A stretch of DNA of 24,000 nt from Pseudomonadota bacterium (GCA_039819865.1 JBCBRF010000025.1:4333-28332); one strand, 5' to 3'; positions 13,670-23,396 are shown, counted from the stretch's first letter. The notes: generated by a model not told the origin, from the letters alone. A program made the numbers and translations.

Positions 13670-14839
13670 ATGCTCCGACGCGCCGAGATCGACCGGCTGG
13701 TCGCATCTCTTGTCGCAGATGAAATCGGCCGCGCGCGGAAGCGTGCGGTCGATTTCGCCGTTTGGGGGGCCTGGACCCCTGAGACCACGGTCGACGAGGA
13801 TGGGGTTGGCGCCGACAGCCTGACCCGGCTCGAGGTCGTGGCGCGCGTGAACGAGTTCTTTCACCTGCATGAGAGCGGCGTCGAGGACTATCTCCTGGTG
13901 CGCCGGACGCTCGGCGACTGGAGCGAGATCGTCGCCGAGGGGCTGAAACTGGCCGGCGAGCGGATCACCTTCCGCAGCTCCGGCAGCACCGGCGCGCCGA
14001 AGACGGCGACCCATTCGATGGCCGATCTGACAGCCGAGATCGATGCGGTCTGGGAGCGGATCGGCCCGCGCGGGCGGATCCTGAGCTGGACGCCGCCGCA
14101 TCATATCTACGGGTTCCTGTTCACCGCTCTGCTGGCGGCTCGACGCGACCGGCCGGTGGTCGAGATGCGCGCCAAGGCGCCGTCGCTGCGCGCCGTCGCG
14201 GATGGCGATCTGCTGGTCGCGACGCCGTTTCAATGGGCGCTCTGCCTGAAGGCGGGCGGCGTGGACGCCGAGGACGTCGTCGGATTGAGCGCCGCGGCGC
14301 CGGCCTCTGAGGACATCTGGTCGGGGGCCGCCTCGGCGGGGATCCGGTTGGTCGAGATTTACGGCTCGAGCGAGACCGCGGGCGTCGGCCTGCGCGAGGC
14401 GGGCGACGCGCCGTTCGAGCTGCTGCCGCGCTGGTCGCGCGGCCCAGGGGACGCACAGCTGCGCGATGCGGGCGGGGCCCTGATCGACGCGCCGGACGCG
14501 CTCGACTGGGAGGTGGATCGACGGTTTCGCCCGGCCGGACGGCGCGACGGCGTGGTCCAGGTGGGCGGCGTGAACGTCGATCCGGCGATGGTCCGCGCCG
14601 TGCTCCAGGACATTGATTGGGTCGAAGAGGCCGCCGTGCGCCTGGACGAGAACGGCGCGGACGGCGGCCGGCTGAAAGCGTTTCTCGCAACCCGCGGCGC
14701 ACCGCCTGAAGAAGAGGCGCTTCAGCGCGTCGTTCAGCATTGCGCCGAGCGACTGGAAGGGCCCGCGCGACCGGCGTCGTTCCGACTGGGGTCCGATCTC
14801 CCGCGAAACGCGATGGGCAAACTGGCCGACTGGACCTGA
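13670..14839 (+). CDS. pcl: p-Coumarate (4-hydroxycinnamate) ligase of the PYP chromophore pathway; short adenylate-forming enzyme with an N-terminal carrier-protein-like segment
   Basis: 389 aa. It has the AMP-binding P-loop SSGSTGAPK, plus IYGSSETAG and a terminal K in NAMGKL. The N-terminal 90 aa contain GVGADSLTRLEVVARVNEFF (Ser50 AGC at 13817-13819). The genetic context, tal-pyp-pcl, matches that described for Rhodobacter and Halorhodospira. Confidence 0.85.
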   Translation: MLRRAEIDRLVASLVADEIGRARKRAVDFAVWGAWTPETTVDEDGVGADSLTRLEVVARVNEFFHLHESGVEDYLLVRRTLGDWSEIVAEGLKLAGERITFRSSGSTGAPKTATHSMADLTAEIDAVWERIGPRGRILSWTPPHHIYGFLFTALLAARRDRPVVEMRAKAPSLRAVADGDLLVATPFQWALCLKAGGVDAEDVVGLSAAAPASEDIWSGAASAGIRLVEIYGSSETAGVGLREAGDAPFELLPRWSRGPGDAQLRDAGGALIDAPDALDWEVDRRFRPAGRRDGVVQVGGVNVDPAMVRAVLQDIDWVEEAAVRLDENGADGGRLKAFLATRGAPPEEEALQRVVQHCAERLEGPARPASFRLGSDLPRNAMGKLADWT

Positions 14840-14878
14840 TCACCCGGGCCTGATCACCCGGGCCTGATCACCCGGGCC
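14835..14878. repeat. 14-bp tandem repeat x3 (CCTGATCACCCGGG), starting in the last sense codon and stop codon of pcl
   Basis: Read directly: ga-CCTGATCACCCGGG-CCTGATCACCCGGG-CCTGATCACCCGGG-CCTGG. Each unit carries two 6-bp palindromes, TGATCA and CCCGGG. Confidence 0.9.
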
Positions 14879-14899
14879 TGGGCGCTGGGCTGACATCAA

Positions 14900-14930
<31 letters not shown>

Positions 14931-15094
14931 CGCTCCTTTCCTGAGAAAACTCCAAGTTATCACACTATATTCTCATAAATTCCGCCCGTTTCAGAACGAT
15001 CTCATCGGAGAGTCTTTTCGAGTTTGTTTTTGTTTTCGCGAGAAGCTCCGGGCGCGATCCGGTTTTTCCGCACTCCTCTGCGAGAGTTCTTAAC

Positions 15095-17692
15095 GTGTCT
15101 GGTTTGAAGCAAGCGCTCGCGGCCTTCGGGCGACGCCTCAGTACGCTGTTGGGCGCGCAAATCTATCTCGCGGTCGCGGCGCCGTCGCTTTGCGCGATCC
15201 TCCTGGCGGCGCCGATGGCGCTCAGCCTGCGGGGGGACTACGATCGGGCCGACGCGCTGCTGACGGCCAGCGCCGCGATGGAGACCGCGGCGCGGCTCAG
15301 CCACTCGATGCAGGGGGAGCGCGCGTTGGCGAGCGGTCTGCTGAGCGGCGGCGATTTTGAAGAGGCGCTGGCGGAGCAACGAGCCGCGACGGACGCCGCG
15401 CTCGCCGCGTTTCGGGCCCGGATCGACGCGTCGACGGCCTCCGGCGCGGCGCTATCGGATTGGAGAGAAGGCGTCGCCGAGACCTTGGCGGGTCTGCCGG
15501 CGCTTCGCGACGCGGTCGTTCAGGGCGGGATCGACGCGCCCGCCGCGCAGGCGCGCTACACCGCGATCAGCCGCTCTCTGATCGACGGCGGAGATCTGGT
15601 GGTCGGTCTCGGCGCCCGCGCCGATCTCGCGACGGATCTCCAAGCGCTCTCGCACCTGCGCCTCGCAATCGATTTTGCGGATCTGGAACGGGCCGACGGG
15701 GCGATCGGGTTCTCGCGCGGGGGCTTCAACGCGGCGCTCTACAGCCGTCTGGAGAGCCGCGCCGCGATGCGGGCGGAGCTGTTCCGCAAGTTCGGCGCGA
15801 TCGCCGAGGCGGGCGAGGCGGCGCGCCTCGACGCGGTTCTCGCCGGAGAAAGCGCGGAGCGGCTCGGCGCGCTCCGCAAAATGGCGAAGAGCAATGTGAC
15901 GGGCTTCGGCTCGCTGTCGGTCGACGAGACGGCCTGGTTCGTCGCCGCGGGCGCTTTCATCGACGAGCTGGTCGCGCTCGAGGCGCGCCTTGGCGCGCGG
16001 GTGATCGCTGCGGCGGAGGCCAATCTCGCGCGGGCGTCGACCGCCTTTTGGGCGCTCATGACGGGCCTCACGGTCGCCTTCCTGCTCACCGGGGCGGCGT
16101 GCTGGTTCGTGCTGCGGCGCCTGCAGATCGATATGCGCGGGATCTCGACGGCGGTGCGACGGATCGCCGCCGGCGCCGCGGCGGTGACCGTGCCGGCGAC
16201 CGGACGCGGCGACGCGCTCGGCGCGATCGCGCGCTCGGTCGAACAGATCGCCTCCTCCGGCGCGGAGATGCGACGGGTCCGCGGCACGGTCGACGCGTTC
16301 AGCGGCGGCGTGGTCATCTTCGACGCGGCGGGCTCGGTGGCCTATGCGAACGAGCGGTTCGTCTCGATGAAGCAGCCGGAGATCGAGGGGACGGATCCGC
16401 TGTCGACCGCGACGCTCTGGTTCGAGCAAATGCGCAGCCCGCTGCAGGCGGCGCTCGGTTGCGAGATGGGCGCGATCGAGACCAAGGGCGGCTTCCGGTT
16501 CGAGGCGTTCGACCGGATCTTCGCGGGCTCGGCCCTGCCGATCGTGAACGACGAGGGAGAGCGGATCGGCGCCTCGCTTCTGATGTATGAGATCACGCTC
16601 GAGAACCGGGTCGAGGATCAGATCGATCAGCTGATCAACGAGTTCGCAGAGGGCAACCTTTATTATCGCGTGACCGCTCTCGACGAAGACGGGGCGGTCC
16701 GGAACAAGTTTCTGGCCAAGATCTCCAAGAGCCTGAACGGGCTGCTGAACGACATCGCAGGCTTGTTCGGCGACCTCGAAGGCGCGATCTCCGCCATGTC
16801 GGCGGGCGATCTGACCTTCAAGGTGGAAGGCGGGTACAAGGGCGATTTCGCCTCGCTCGCCGAGAACCTGAACAGCTCGATGGCCCATATCAGCCAGGTG
16901 ATCCGGGACATCAACGGCGTCACGGAGGATCTGCGGACCGCGGTGGCGGAGATCGCCGCCGACGCTCAAGAACTGGCGCAGGGCGCGGACAGCCAGCGGG
17001 CGGCGCTGGCCGACACGATGGGGTCGGTCGAGCAGATCAACGCGATCGTCGAGACCAACGTCTCGAATGTGCGCGAAGCCGGCGGGGTGGCGGCGGACGC
17101 GCGCTCCCGCGCGATGCGCGGCGGCGCCGTCGCGAGCGAGGCGGTGGCGGCGATGGGCCGGATCGAATCAAGCTCTCAGCAGATCTCCGAGATCGTCAAT
17201 GTGATCGACGCGATCGCGTTCCAGACGAACCTATTGGCGTTGAACGCCGCGGTCGAGGCGGCGCGCGCCGGCGAGGCGGGCAAGGGCTTCTCGGTCGTGG
17301 CGTCCGAGGTGCGGGCGCTCGCCCAGCGCTCGGCCGACGCCGCGCACGACATCAAGGGATTGATCGAGGCGAGCGCCGGGCATGTCTCGGACGGGGTGCG
17401 GCTGGTCGACCAGACCGGCGGATCGCTCAGCGAGATCGCCGAGGCGATCGAGGCGCTCTCGGGCACGATGGAGACGATCTCGGGGTCGGCGGAGGCGCAG
17501 GTCGACGGGCTCGGTCAGATCACCCAGGCGATCCAACGCACGGAGCGCATCACGGGCGACAACGCCAAAGCCGCTGAAGAGAGCGCAGTCCGGGCCAACC
17601 AGCTCGAGGCCTCCGCGGGCCGACTGGCTGAGCTGTCGGGATACTTCATGATCGCCGACGACCCGGACAGGGTCTCGTCTGAAGCCGCTTAG
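15095..17692 (+). CDS. Methyl-accepting chemotaxis protein with periplasmic NIT-like sensor, HAMP, cytoplasmic PAS, HAMP and MCP signalling domain
   Basis: 865 aa, GTG start. TM1 is at about residues 20-42. The NIT-type signature is [19 protein letters not shown]....[14 protein letters not shown]2 is [23 protein letters not shown]. The PAS-like stretch is [19 protein letters not shown]. The HAMP stretch is [27 protein letters not shown]. The highly conserved hairpin is [43 protein letters not shown]. Confidence 0.92.
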   Translation: MSGLKQALAAFGRRLSTLLGAQIYLAVAAPSLCAILLAAPMALSLRGDYDRADALLTASAAMETAARLSHSMQGERALASGLLSGGDFEEALAEQRAATDAALAAFRARIDASTASGAALSDWREGVAETLAGLPALRDAVVQGGIDAPAAQARYTAISRSLIDGGDLVVGLGARADLATDLQALSHLRLAIDFADLERADGAIGFSRGGFNAALYSRLESRAAMRAELFRKFGAIAEAGEAARLDAVLAGESAERLGALRKMAKSNVTGFGSLSVDETAWFVAAGAFIDELVALEARLGARVIAAAEANLARASTAFWALMTGLTVAFLLTGAACWFVLRRLQIDMRGISTAVRRIAAGAAAVTVPATGRGDALGAIARSVEQIASSGAEMRRVRGTVDAFSGGVVIFDAAGSVAYANERFVSMKQPEIEGTDPLSTATLWFEQMRSPLQAALGCEMGAIETKGGFRFEAFDRIFAGSALPIVNDEGERIGASLLMYEITLENRVEDQIDQLINEFAEGNLYYRVTALDEDGAVRNKFLAKISKSLNGLLNDIAGLFGDLEGAISAMSAGDLTFKVEGGYKGDFASLAENLNSSMAHISQVIRDINGVTEDLRTAVAEIAADAQELAQGADSQRAALADTMGSVEQINAIVETNVSNVREAGGVAADARSRAMRGGAVASEAVAAMGRIESSSQQISEIVNVIDAIAFQTNLLALNAAVEAARAGEAGKGFSVVASEVRALAQRSADAAHDIKGLIEASAGHVSDGVRLVDQTGGSLSEIAEAIEALSGTMETISGSAEAQVDGLGQITQAIQRTERITGDNAKAAEESAVRANQLEASAGRLAELSGYFMIADDPDRVSSEAA

Positions 17693-17946
17693 GCGAAAAA
17701 CGGTCCACGATTCCGCCAACGCTCTCGTCCCTCAATAAACTATTGAACAGCATTCGATTTTCCCGCACGTTCCCGACCGGGGAATGAGAATAGCGGGAGG
17801 GGATTGTGGATAACTTCACCCCTGGCTCCGAACGTATGTTTCATCGTTGCGTCGACGCGGCGCTCGCGGAGCGCGCCGGCGCCAGTCGTCGAACCGAGGT
17901 CGCGGACCTGCGTCCACCGCGGAGACCGAGGCGTGGCCGCGGCTTG

Positions 17947-18624
17947 ATGACGGTGGCCAAGCCCGTCGCGCTGACGCTCATGTTCGGGCTCTCGTCATGC
18001 GCCCTCGAAAGCCCCTCGCCCGAGGCGGACCTCAGCGCCTCCGAGCGGATCGAGATGGCGATCCGGACCGAGCTGGTCTCGGCGGCGCGGGCGCAGATCG
18101 GGCGCACCGTGATCTATGACGGCCAGTATGAAGAGCTGTCCTATCCGATGGGCGATCTGGACCGGAGCCGCGGGGTCTGCACCGACGTGGTGGTGCGCGC
18201 CTATCGCGATGCGGCGGGGATCGACCTGCAGCAATTGGTGCATGAGGACATGGCGCGGGCGTTCACGGATTATCCGCAGAAATGGGGACGGTCCGCGCCC
18301 GATCCGAACATCGATCATCGCCGGGTGCTGAACCTCGAGACCTTCCTCGATCGCTCCGGAGCGCGGCTGCCGTTGCCGGCGGATCCGAGCGCGCTCAAGC
18401 CGGGGGATCTGCTGACCTGGCGGATCAGCGGATCTGAGCCGCATATCGGGGTGGTCTCGGACCGCAAGGACCCGGCGACGGGTCGGCCGCTGATCATCCA
18501 CAACTTCGCCAAGGGGGCTGTTGAGGAAGATTTCCTGTGGGCGCCGGGCTTGGTCGGGCGCTTCCGACCGGACGCGGCCGCGCTGGTCGCCGCGACTTCT
18601 CAATTCAACCGATCAACGCCGTAA
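17947..18624 (+). CDS. DUF1287-family protein, probable lipoprotein
   Basis: IGRTVIYDGQYEELSYPMGDLDRSRGVCTDVVVRAYRDAAGIDLQQLVHEDM...YPQKWG...PDPNIDHRRVLNLETFL...GDLLTW...HIGVV matches my memory of DUF1287. From the ATG at 17947 the N-terminus MTVAKPVALTLMFGLSSC is a lipoprotein-type signal with a lipobox. An alternative GTG at 17806 has a good GGAGG SD but would bury the signal peptide. The start is therefore uncertain. Confidence 0.8.
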   Translation: MTVAKPVALTLMFGLSSCALESPSPEADLSASERIEMAIRTELVSAARAQIGRTVIYDGQYEELSYPMGDLDRSRGVCTDVVVRAYRDAAGIDLQQLVHEDMARAFTDYPQKWGRSAPDPNIDHRRVLNLETFLDRSGARLPLPADPSALKPGDLLTWRISGSEPHIGVVSDRKDPATGRPLIIHNFAKGAVEEDFLWAPGLVGRFRPDAAALVAATSQFNRSTP

Positions 18625-18715
18625 CAAAAGGCCGCCCGCCACGCGCCGGATTGGCGCGCCGCCTGCAAGACGCTACCGCTGACGTCTGCAGCGCGCCCTG
18701 GCGGAGAGGCCGAAC

Positions 18716-20503
18716 GTGACAGCCGCGATCCCTGAGACTGCGTTCGCGTGGGTGACGCTGTGCGTGCTCGCGATGGTTTTCGCCGGGTTCGTGCTCGAGA
18801 TCTTCCCGCCTTACGTCACCGCGGTCTGCGGCGTGGCGCTGCTGCTCGCGCTCGGGCCGCTCGCGCCCGAGGATATGCTGTCGGTGCTGTCGAACTCGGC
18901 GCCCGCGACCATCGCCGCGATGTTCGTGATCAGCGGCGCGCTGGCGCGGACGGGCGCACTCGACCTGTTCAGCAGGACCTTGCGACGACAGGCGAGCACG
19001 AGCCCGACCCTGACGATCGGGGCGCTGATCGTCGGCGCCATGGTCCTGTCGGGCTTCGTGAACAACACGCCGGTGGCGATGGTGCTGATCCCGATCACGG
19101 TCAGCCTGGCGGGCGCGCTCCGCACCTCGCCCTCGCGACTGCTGATCCCGCTCTCCTACGCCACGATCCTCGGCGGCGTGTGCACGCTGGTCGGCACCTC
19201 GACGAACCTGCTGGTGGACGGGGTCGCGCGCGAAGCCGGCATGGCGCCGTTCGGGATGTTCGAGATCACGCCGATCGGCATCACCGTGGCGCTCGCAGGG
19301 GCGGCGTATATGGCGCTGTTCGCACCGGTACTGCTGCCAAAACGGGATTCGCTCGCCGACGACGTGGCGAAGCGCGGCGGGGCGCGGTTCGTGATCGAGG
19401 CGCTGATCGGGCGGAAGTCGCCGCTGATCGGGTTGACGCTCTCCGAAAGCAAGCTGTTCGCCGACAACAGCATTCGCGTGATCGACGTGCTGAGGGGCGA
19501 CGAGTCCCTGCGACGGCGGCTGGCGGATGTCGAGCTGGCGGAGGGCGACCGGATCGTGCTCCGGACCGACGTCTCCGACCTCAACGCGCTGCTCGAGGAG
19601 GGGATGCTGGACCTCCGAGACGACGCGCTCGAGGCGGTCCAGGCGCGGCGGTCCACCTTGATCGAGGCGCTGGTCGCGCCAGGCAGCCTCGCGCTCGGCA
19701 AGCAACTGCTCCGGATGCGGCTGCGGCGGCGCTACGGCGTCTATCCGCTCGCGGCGCATCGACGCGGGGTGAACCTCGCGGCGCGGTTCGAGATCACGCC
19801 GCTCGACGTTGGCGACACCGTGCTGTTCGAGGGCGCGCCCGAGGACATCAAGCGCATGATGGACGATCTGAGGCTGGTCGCGCTGTCGGAGGCGCCGGAT
19901 CGGAGCTTCCGGCCGCATAAGGCGCCGATCGCGCTGGCGGCGCTGATCGGGATCGTCCTGCTGTCGAGCCTGAACGTCGCGCCGATCATGACGCTTGCGG
20001 TGATCGGCGTCGCCATCGTGCTGGCGACCCGCTGCGTGGACCCGGACGAGGCGATCGAGTCGATCGACGGGTCGCTGATGCTGCTGATCTATTCGATGCT
20101 CGCGATCGGCGCGGCGATGCAGAGCAGCGGGGCGGCGCAGATGATCGTCGAGACGCTGCGGCCGCTGTTCGACATGCTTCCCACCCTCGCGCTCCTGTTC
20201 GCGATCTATCTGCTGTGCTCGATCCTGACGGAGCTTGTGACGAACAATGCGGTGGCGGTGGTGATGGCGCCGATCGTGATCGAGCTCGGCGTCGGCCTCG
20301 GCATCGATCCCCGGCCCCTGCTGCTGCTCGTGATGATCGGCGCCAGCGCCAGCTTCGCGACCCCGATCGGCTATCAGACGAACACGCTGGTCTATGGCGC
20401 GGGCGGCTACCGCTTCACGGATTTCCTCCGAATGGGCGGGCCGCTCAACCTGTTGGTCGGGCTGGTGGCGAGCACGACGGTCTGGATTCTGTACGATCTT
20501 TAG
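18716..20503 (+). CDS. SLC13/DASS-type anion permease with two central TrkA-C (RCK C-terminal) domains
   Basis: 595 aa, GTG start with a GGAGAGG SD. There are multiple TM helices on both sides (FVNNTPVAMVLIPI, TNNAVAVVMAPI, ASFATPIGYQTN), arranged as an inverted-repeat transporter. Two soluble inserts, VIEALIGRKSPLIGLTL...GDRIVLRTD and LIEALVAPGSLALGKQL...GDTVLFEG, are typical TrkA-C domains. Confidence 0.88.
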   Translation: MTAAIPETAFAWVTLCVLAMVFAGFVLEIFPPYVTAVCGVALLLALGPLAPEDMLSVLSNSAPATIAAMFVISGALARTGALDLFSRTLRRQASTSPTLTIGALIVGAMVLSGFVNNTPVAMVLIPITVSLAGALRTSPSRLLIPLSYATILGGVCTLVGTSTNLLVDGVAREAGMAPFGMFEITPIGITVALAGAAYMALFAPVLLPKRDSLADDVAKRGGARFVIEALIGRKSPLIGLTLSESKLFADNSIRVIDVLRGDESLRRRLADVELAEGDRIVLRTDVSDLNALLEEGMLDLRDDALEAVQARRSTLIEALVAPGSLALGKQLLRMRLRRRYGVYPLAAHRRGVNLAARFEITPLDVGDTVLFEGAPEDIKRMMDDLRLVALSEAPDRSFRPHKAPIALAALIGIVLLSSLNVAPIMTLAVIGVAIVLATRCVDPDEAIESIDGSLMLLIYSMLAIGAAMQSSGAAQMIVETLRPLFDMLPTLALLFAIYLLCSILTELVTNNAVAVVMAPIVIELGVGLGIDPRPLLLLVMIGASASFATPIGYQTNTLVYGAGGYRFTDFLRMGGPLNLLVGLVASTTVWILYDL

Positions 20504-20618
20504 AGACCCCGGCGCCGTCTTCGGATCGCGCTCTTAGCCGGACCTTAAGCCATTTTTCCTAAAACTGAAGGCGACGCCGTGCGGCCTTCGTCGCCGGCGC
20601 ATCCGCACGCCGTGACGA

Positions 20619-22019
20619 ATGGTGGCCATGTCGATCTCGTTCACTCACACGAAATCGATCGATTCCTCCGAGATCCGCAATCCGCGGGTCCTCGAGCTGT
20701 ATGGTCTGTGGAACTCGCACCGCCGCGACGGGCGGCCGCCGCGCGCCGCGAGCCTGCTGCCGGAGGCGCTCGCGCTCTGCGGCGGCGACCTGCTCCAGGT
20801 CGAGCTGGTCGATGGGATCGACCTGGTTTATCGGCGCTACGGGGCCAATCTGATCGCCGAGGAGGGCCGGGACCTCACCGGCGAGCGGGCGAGCGCGTTC
20901 GATGGGGCGCTGCGCCGGTTTCTGCGCGACTGGTACATGCGGGCGCTCGAAGATCAGGACGCGATCTACACGGTCCACCGGGCCGAGAGCGGAACGCGCT
21001 CGCTCAGCTGGGAGCGGCTGCTTCTGCCGCTCGAAGGCGACAACGGCGCGGTGGATCAGGTTCTCGTGCTCTGCCTGCCGATGCTGATGCGGCTCGAGCT
21101 GCTCAGCGGCGTGATCGAGAGCTCGCATTGCGGCGTGATGGCGCTCGAGGCGATCCGAAACGCGCGCGGGCGGGTCATCGATTTTCAGATCGTGCTGGCG
21201 AACCCGCAGGCGGACGAGATTCTCGGCGAAGCGCGCGGGGCGCTGGTGGACCAGCGGCTGCTGAAGAGGTTTCCGGAGAGCCGGGAAAGCGGTCTGTTCC
21301 ACTCGTTCGTCGCGATCGCGGAAGGCAGCCCGACGCTGGACTTGGTCTATCAGCGCGCGGAGCGCTGGCTGCGGATCTCCGCGGCGCGCACAGGGTTGGG
21401 GGTCACCCTCACCATGACGGACGTGACGTCGCTCAAGGAGCAGAACGCGGAGCTCGAAGCCCAGAAGCAGGAACTGGAGCGGGAGATCGCGCTCAGGACC
21501 GAGGCGGAGTACGAGTTGGTGCGGCTGGCGACGCTCGACGCGCTGACCGGGCTGCCGAACCGTCGCCATTTCTTCGACCGGGCGGAGCGCGAGCTGCTCC
21601 GCGCGGGGCGGTCAGGCGCGCCGCTCAGCCTGCTTTATATGGATGTCGACCACTTCAAGCAGGTGAACGACAGCTACGGGCATGCGGGCGGAGACGCCGT
21701 TTTGCAGATGGTCGCCGAGGCGCTCGGGGAGGCGGTGCGGCCTTACGATCTGGTCGGGCGGCTCGGCGGCGAGGAGTTCGCGATCCTGCTGCCCCAGGCC
21801 GACGCGGAGACCTCTCGGATGGTCGCGGAGCGGGTGCGGGGGGCGGTCGCGGCCGGAAGGCTCACGCATACGGACGGCCGCGAAATTCGGGTCACGATCT
21901 CGGGCGGCGCCGCGACGGCGCGGGCGGGCGAGACGCTCGAGCAGCTCGTCGCCCGCGCCGACGCCGCGCTTTACGAGGCGAAGCGCGCGGGGCGCGACCA
22001 GGTCAAGGACGCCGCCTGA
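20619..22019 (+). CDS. PAS/PAS-GGDEF diguanylate cyclase
   Basis: 466 aa. The N-terminal LELYGLWNSHRRDGRPPRAASLLPEAL is a PAS_5-type domain. A second PAS-like region is SHCGVMALEAIRNARGRVIDFQIV. A coiled coil follows, then LDALTGLPNRRHF, DVDHFKQVNDSYGHAGGD, the active-site GGEEF, and RADAALYEAKRAGRD. The exact start (ATG at 20619 or ATG at 20628) is uncertain because there is no clear SD. Confidence 0.9.
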   Translation: MVAMSISFTHTKSIDSSEIRNPRVLELYGLWNSHRRDGRPPRAASLLPEALALCGGDLLQVELVDGIDLVYRRYGANLIAEEGRDLTGERASAFDGALRRFLRDWYMRALEDQDAIYTVHRAESGTRSLSWERLLLPLEGDNGAVDQVLVLCLPMLMRLELLSGVIESSHCGVMALEAIRNARGRVIDFQIVLANPQADEILGEARGALVDQRLLKRFPESRESGLFHSFVAIAEGSPTLDLVYQRAERWLRISAARTGLGVTLTMTDVTSLKEQNAELEAQKQELEREIALRTEAEYELVRLATLDALTGLPNRRHFFDRAERELLRAGRSGAPLSLLYMDVDHFKQVNDSYGHAGGDAVLQMVAEALGEAVRPYDLVGRLGGEEFAILLPQADAETSRMVAERVRGAVAAGRLTHTDGREIRVTISGGAATARAGETLEQLVARADAALYEAKRAGRDQVKDAA

Positions 22020-22061
22020 GGAGGCGACGTCCGTCGCACGTTTGCGCGCTCGGGCGGTCGG

Positions 22062-23354
22062 TCAGCCCCAGGCGGCCTCAACCGCGTCCTCGAGCGTCTT
22101 CAGGCCCGGCGTCTTCGAGGAGACGAGCACCGCCATGTTGCCCGGCAGATGCTCGTTGCGCATCATCTTGGTGTGGGCCCTCGGAATGTCCTTGAACTCG
22201 AAAAGCTCCGACATGCAGGGGTCGAGACGGCGCTCGACCATCAGCTGGTTGGCCTGGCTCGCCTGCATCAGGTTGGCGAAGTGCGAGCCCTGGACCCGCT
22301 TCTGGTGCATCCAGAGATAACGGGCGTCCATCGTCAGATTGAAGCCGGTGGTCCCGGCGCAGATCACCACCATGCCGCCGCGCTTCACGATGAAGGTCGA
22401 GACCGGCATCGTCGCCTCGCCCGGATGCTCGAACACGATGTCGACGTTGTTGCCCTTGCCGGTGATCTCCCAGATCGCCTTGCCGAACTTCCGGACCTCG
22501 CCGAACCAGGTCTTGTACTCCTCCGAGTTCACCGTCGGCAGCTGGCCCCAGCAGTTGAAGTCCTTGCGGTTCAGGACGCCCTTGGCGCCGAGGCCGAGAA
22601 CGAAGTCGCGCTTGGTCTCGTCGGAGATGACGCCGATGGCGTTGGCGCCGGCGGTGTTGATCAGCTGGATGGCGTAAGAGCCGAGGCCGCCCGAGGCGCC
22701 CCAGACCAGCACGTTCTGGCCCGGCCGCAGGATGTGCGGGCGGTGGCCGAACAGCATCCGATAGGCGGTGGCGAGGGTCAGCGTGTAGCAGGCGGATTCC
22801 TCCCAGGAGAGGTGCCGCGGGCGATGCATCAGCTGACGCGCCTGGACGCAGGTGAACTGCGCGAAGGAACCGTCCGGGGTCTCGTAGCCCCAGATCCGCT
22901 GGGTGGTCGAGTACATCGGGTCGCCGCCGTTGCACTCCTCGTCGTCGCCGTCGTCCTGGTTGCAGTGGATCACGACCTCGTCGCCCACCTTCCAACGGGT
23001 GACCTTCGAGCCGACCTTCCAGACGATGCCGGAGGCGTCGGAGCCTGCGATGTGGAACGGCGCGCCGTGGACGTCGAAGGGCGAGATCGGCTCGCCCAGA
23101 CCCGCCCAGACGCCGTTGTAGTTCACGCCCGCCGCCATCACGAGGACCAGGACCTCGTGGCTGTCCGGCTCCGGCGTGTCGACGGTCTCGAGCAGCATCG
23201 ACTGCTCCGGAGGGCCATGGCGTTCTCGGCGGATCGCCCAGGCGTACATCTGCTTCGGAACATGGCCGAGGGGCGGGATCTCGCCGACCTCGTATAGGTC
23301 CTTCGCCGGAGCGTCGTAGGACGCCGCGGGCGCGTTAACGTCGAGGGCCGCCAT
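22062..23354 (-). CDS. ccr: Crotonyl-CoA carboxylase/reductase (ethylmalonyl-CoA pathway)
   Basis: MAALDVNAP..DLYEVGEIPPLGHVPKQMYAWAIRRERHG...AAGVNYNGVWA...IAGSDASGIVW...NQDDGDDEECNGGDPM....RIWGYETPDGSFAQF...VWGASGGLGSYAIQL... is highly characteristic of Ccr, about 430 aa. The ATG at 23354 has an AGGAGA SD 7 nt upstream. The track start at 23426 adds 24 non-conserved residues. Confidence 0.93.
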   Translation of the reverse strand: MAALDVNAPAASYDAPAKDLYEVGEIPPLGHVPKQMYAWAIRRERHGPPEQSMLLETVDTPEPDSHEVLVLVMAAGVNYNGVWAGLGEPISPFDVHGAPFHIAGSDASGIVWKVGSKVTRWKVGDEVVIHCNQDDGDDEECNGGDPMYSTTQRIWGYETPDGSFAQFTCVQARQLMHRPRHLSWEESACYTLTLATAYRMLFGHRPHILRPGQNVLVWGASGGLGSYAIQLINTAGANAIGVISDETKRDFVLGLGAKGVLNRKDFNCWGQLPTVNSEEYKTWFGEVRKFGKAIWEITGKGNNVDIVFEHPGEATMPVSTFIVKRGGMVVICAGTTGFNLTMDARYLWMHQKRVQGSHFANLMQASQANQLMVERRLDPCMSELFEFKDIPRAHTKMMRNEHLPGNMAVLVSSKTPGLKTLEDAVEAAWG

Positions 23355-23396
23355 CGGTCTCTCCTGTCCGCGTGTTCGCATCTGCGAGACCTCTAA

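Noticed and set aside
13337-14843. ORFs 13337..14740(-) and 14121..14843(-), antisense to pcl
   Set aside because: The plus-strand frame carries the AMP-binding signature (SSGSTGAPK, YGSSET). The minus-strand products are Arg/Pro-rich shadows.
15452-19918. ORFs 15452..16969(-), 15460..16590(+), 17995..18603(-), 18605..19918(-), 18748..19920(+)
   Set aside because: They overlap the MCP, DUF1287 and SLC13 genes, all of which have strong family signatures in another frame or strand.
22020-22061. Bidirectional terminator between the convergent cyclase and ccr genes
   Set aside because: Only a 5-bp stem (GCGAC gtcc GTCGC) without a U-tract was seen, which is too weak to call.
20559-23297. ORFs 20559..21569(-), 20579..22195(+), 22078..22995(-), 22149..23297(+)
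   Set aside because: They overlap the GGDEF cyclase and ccr, whose frames are unambiguous. These are shadow frames.
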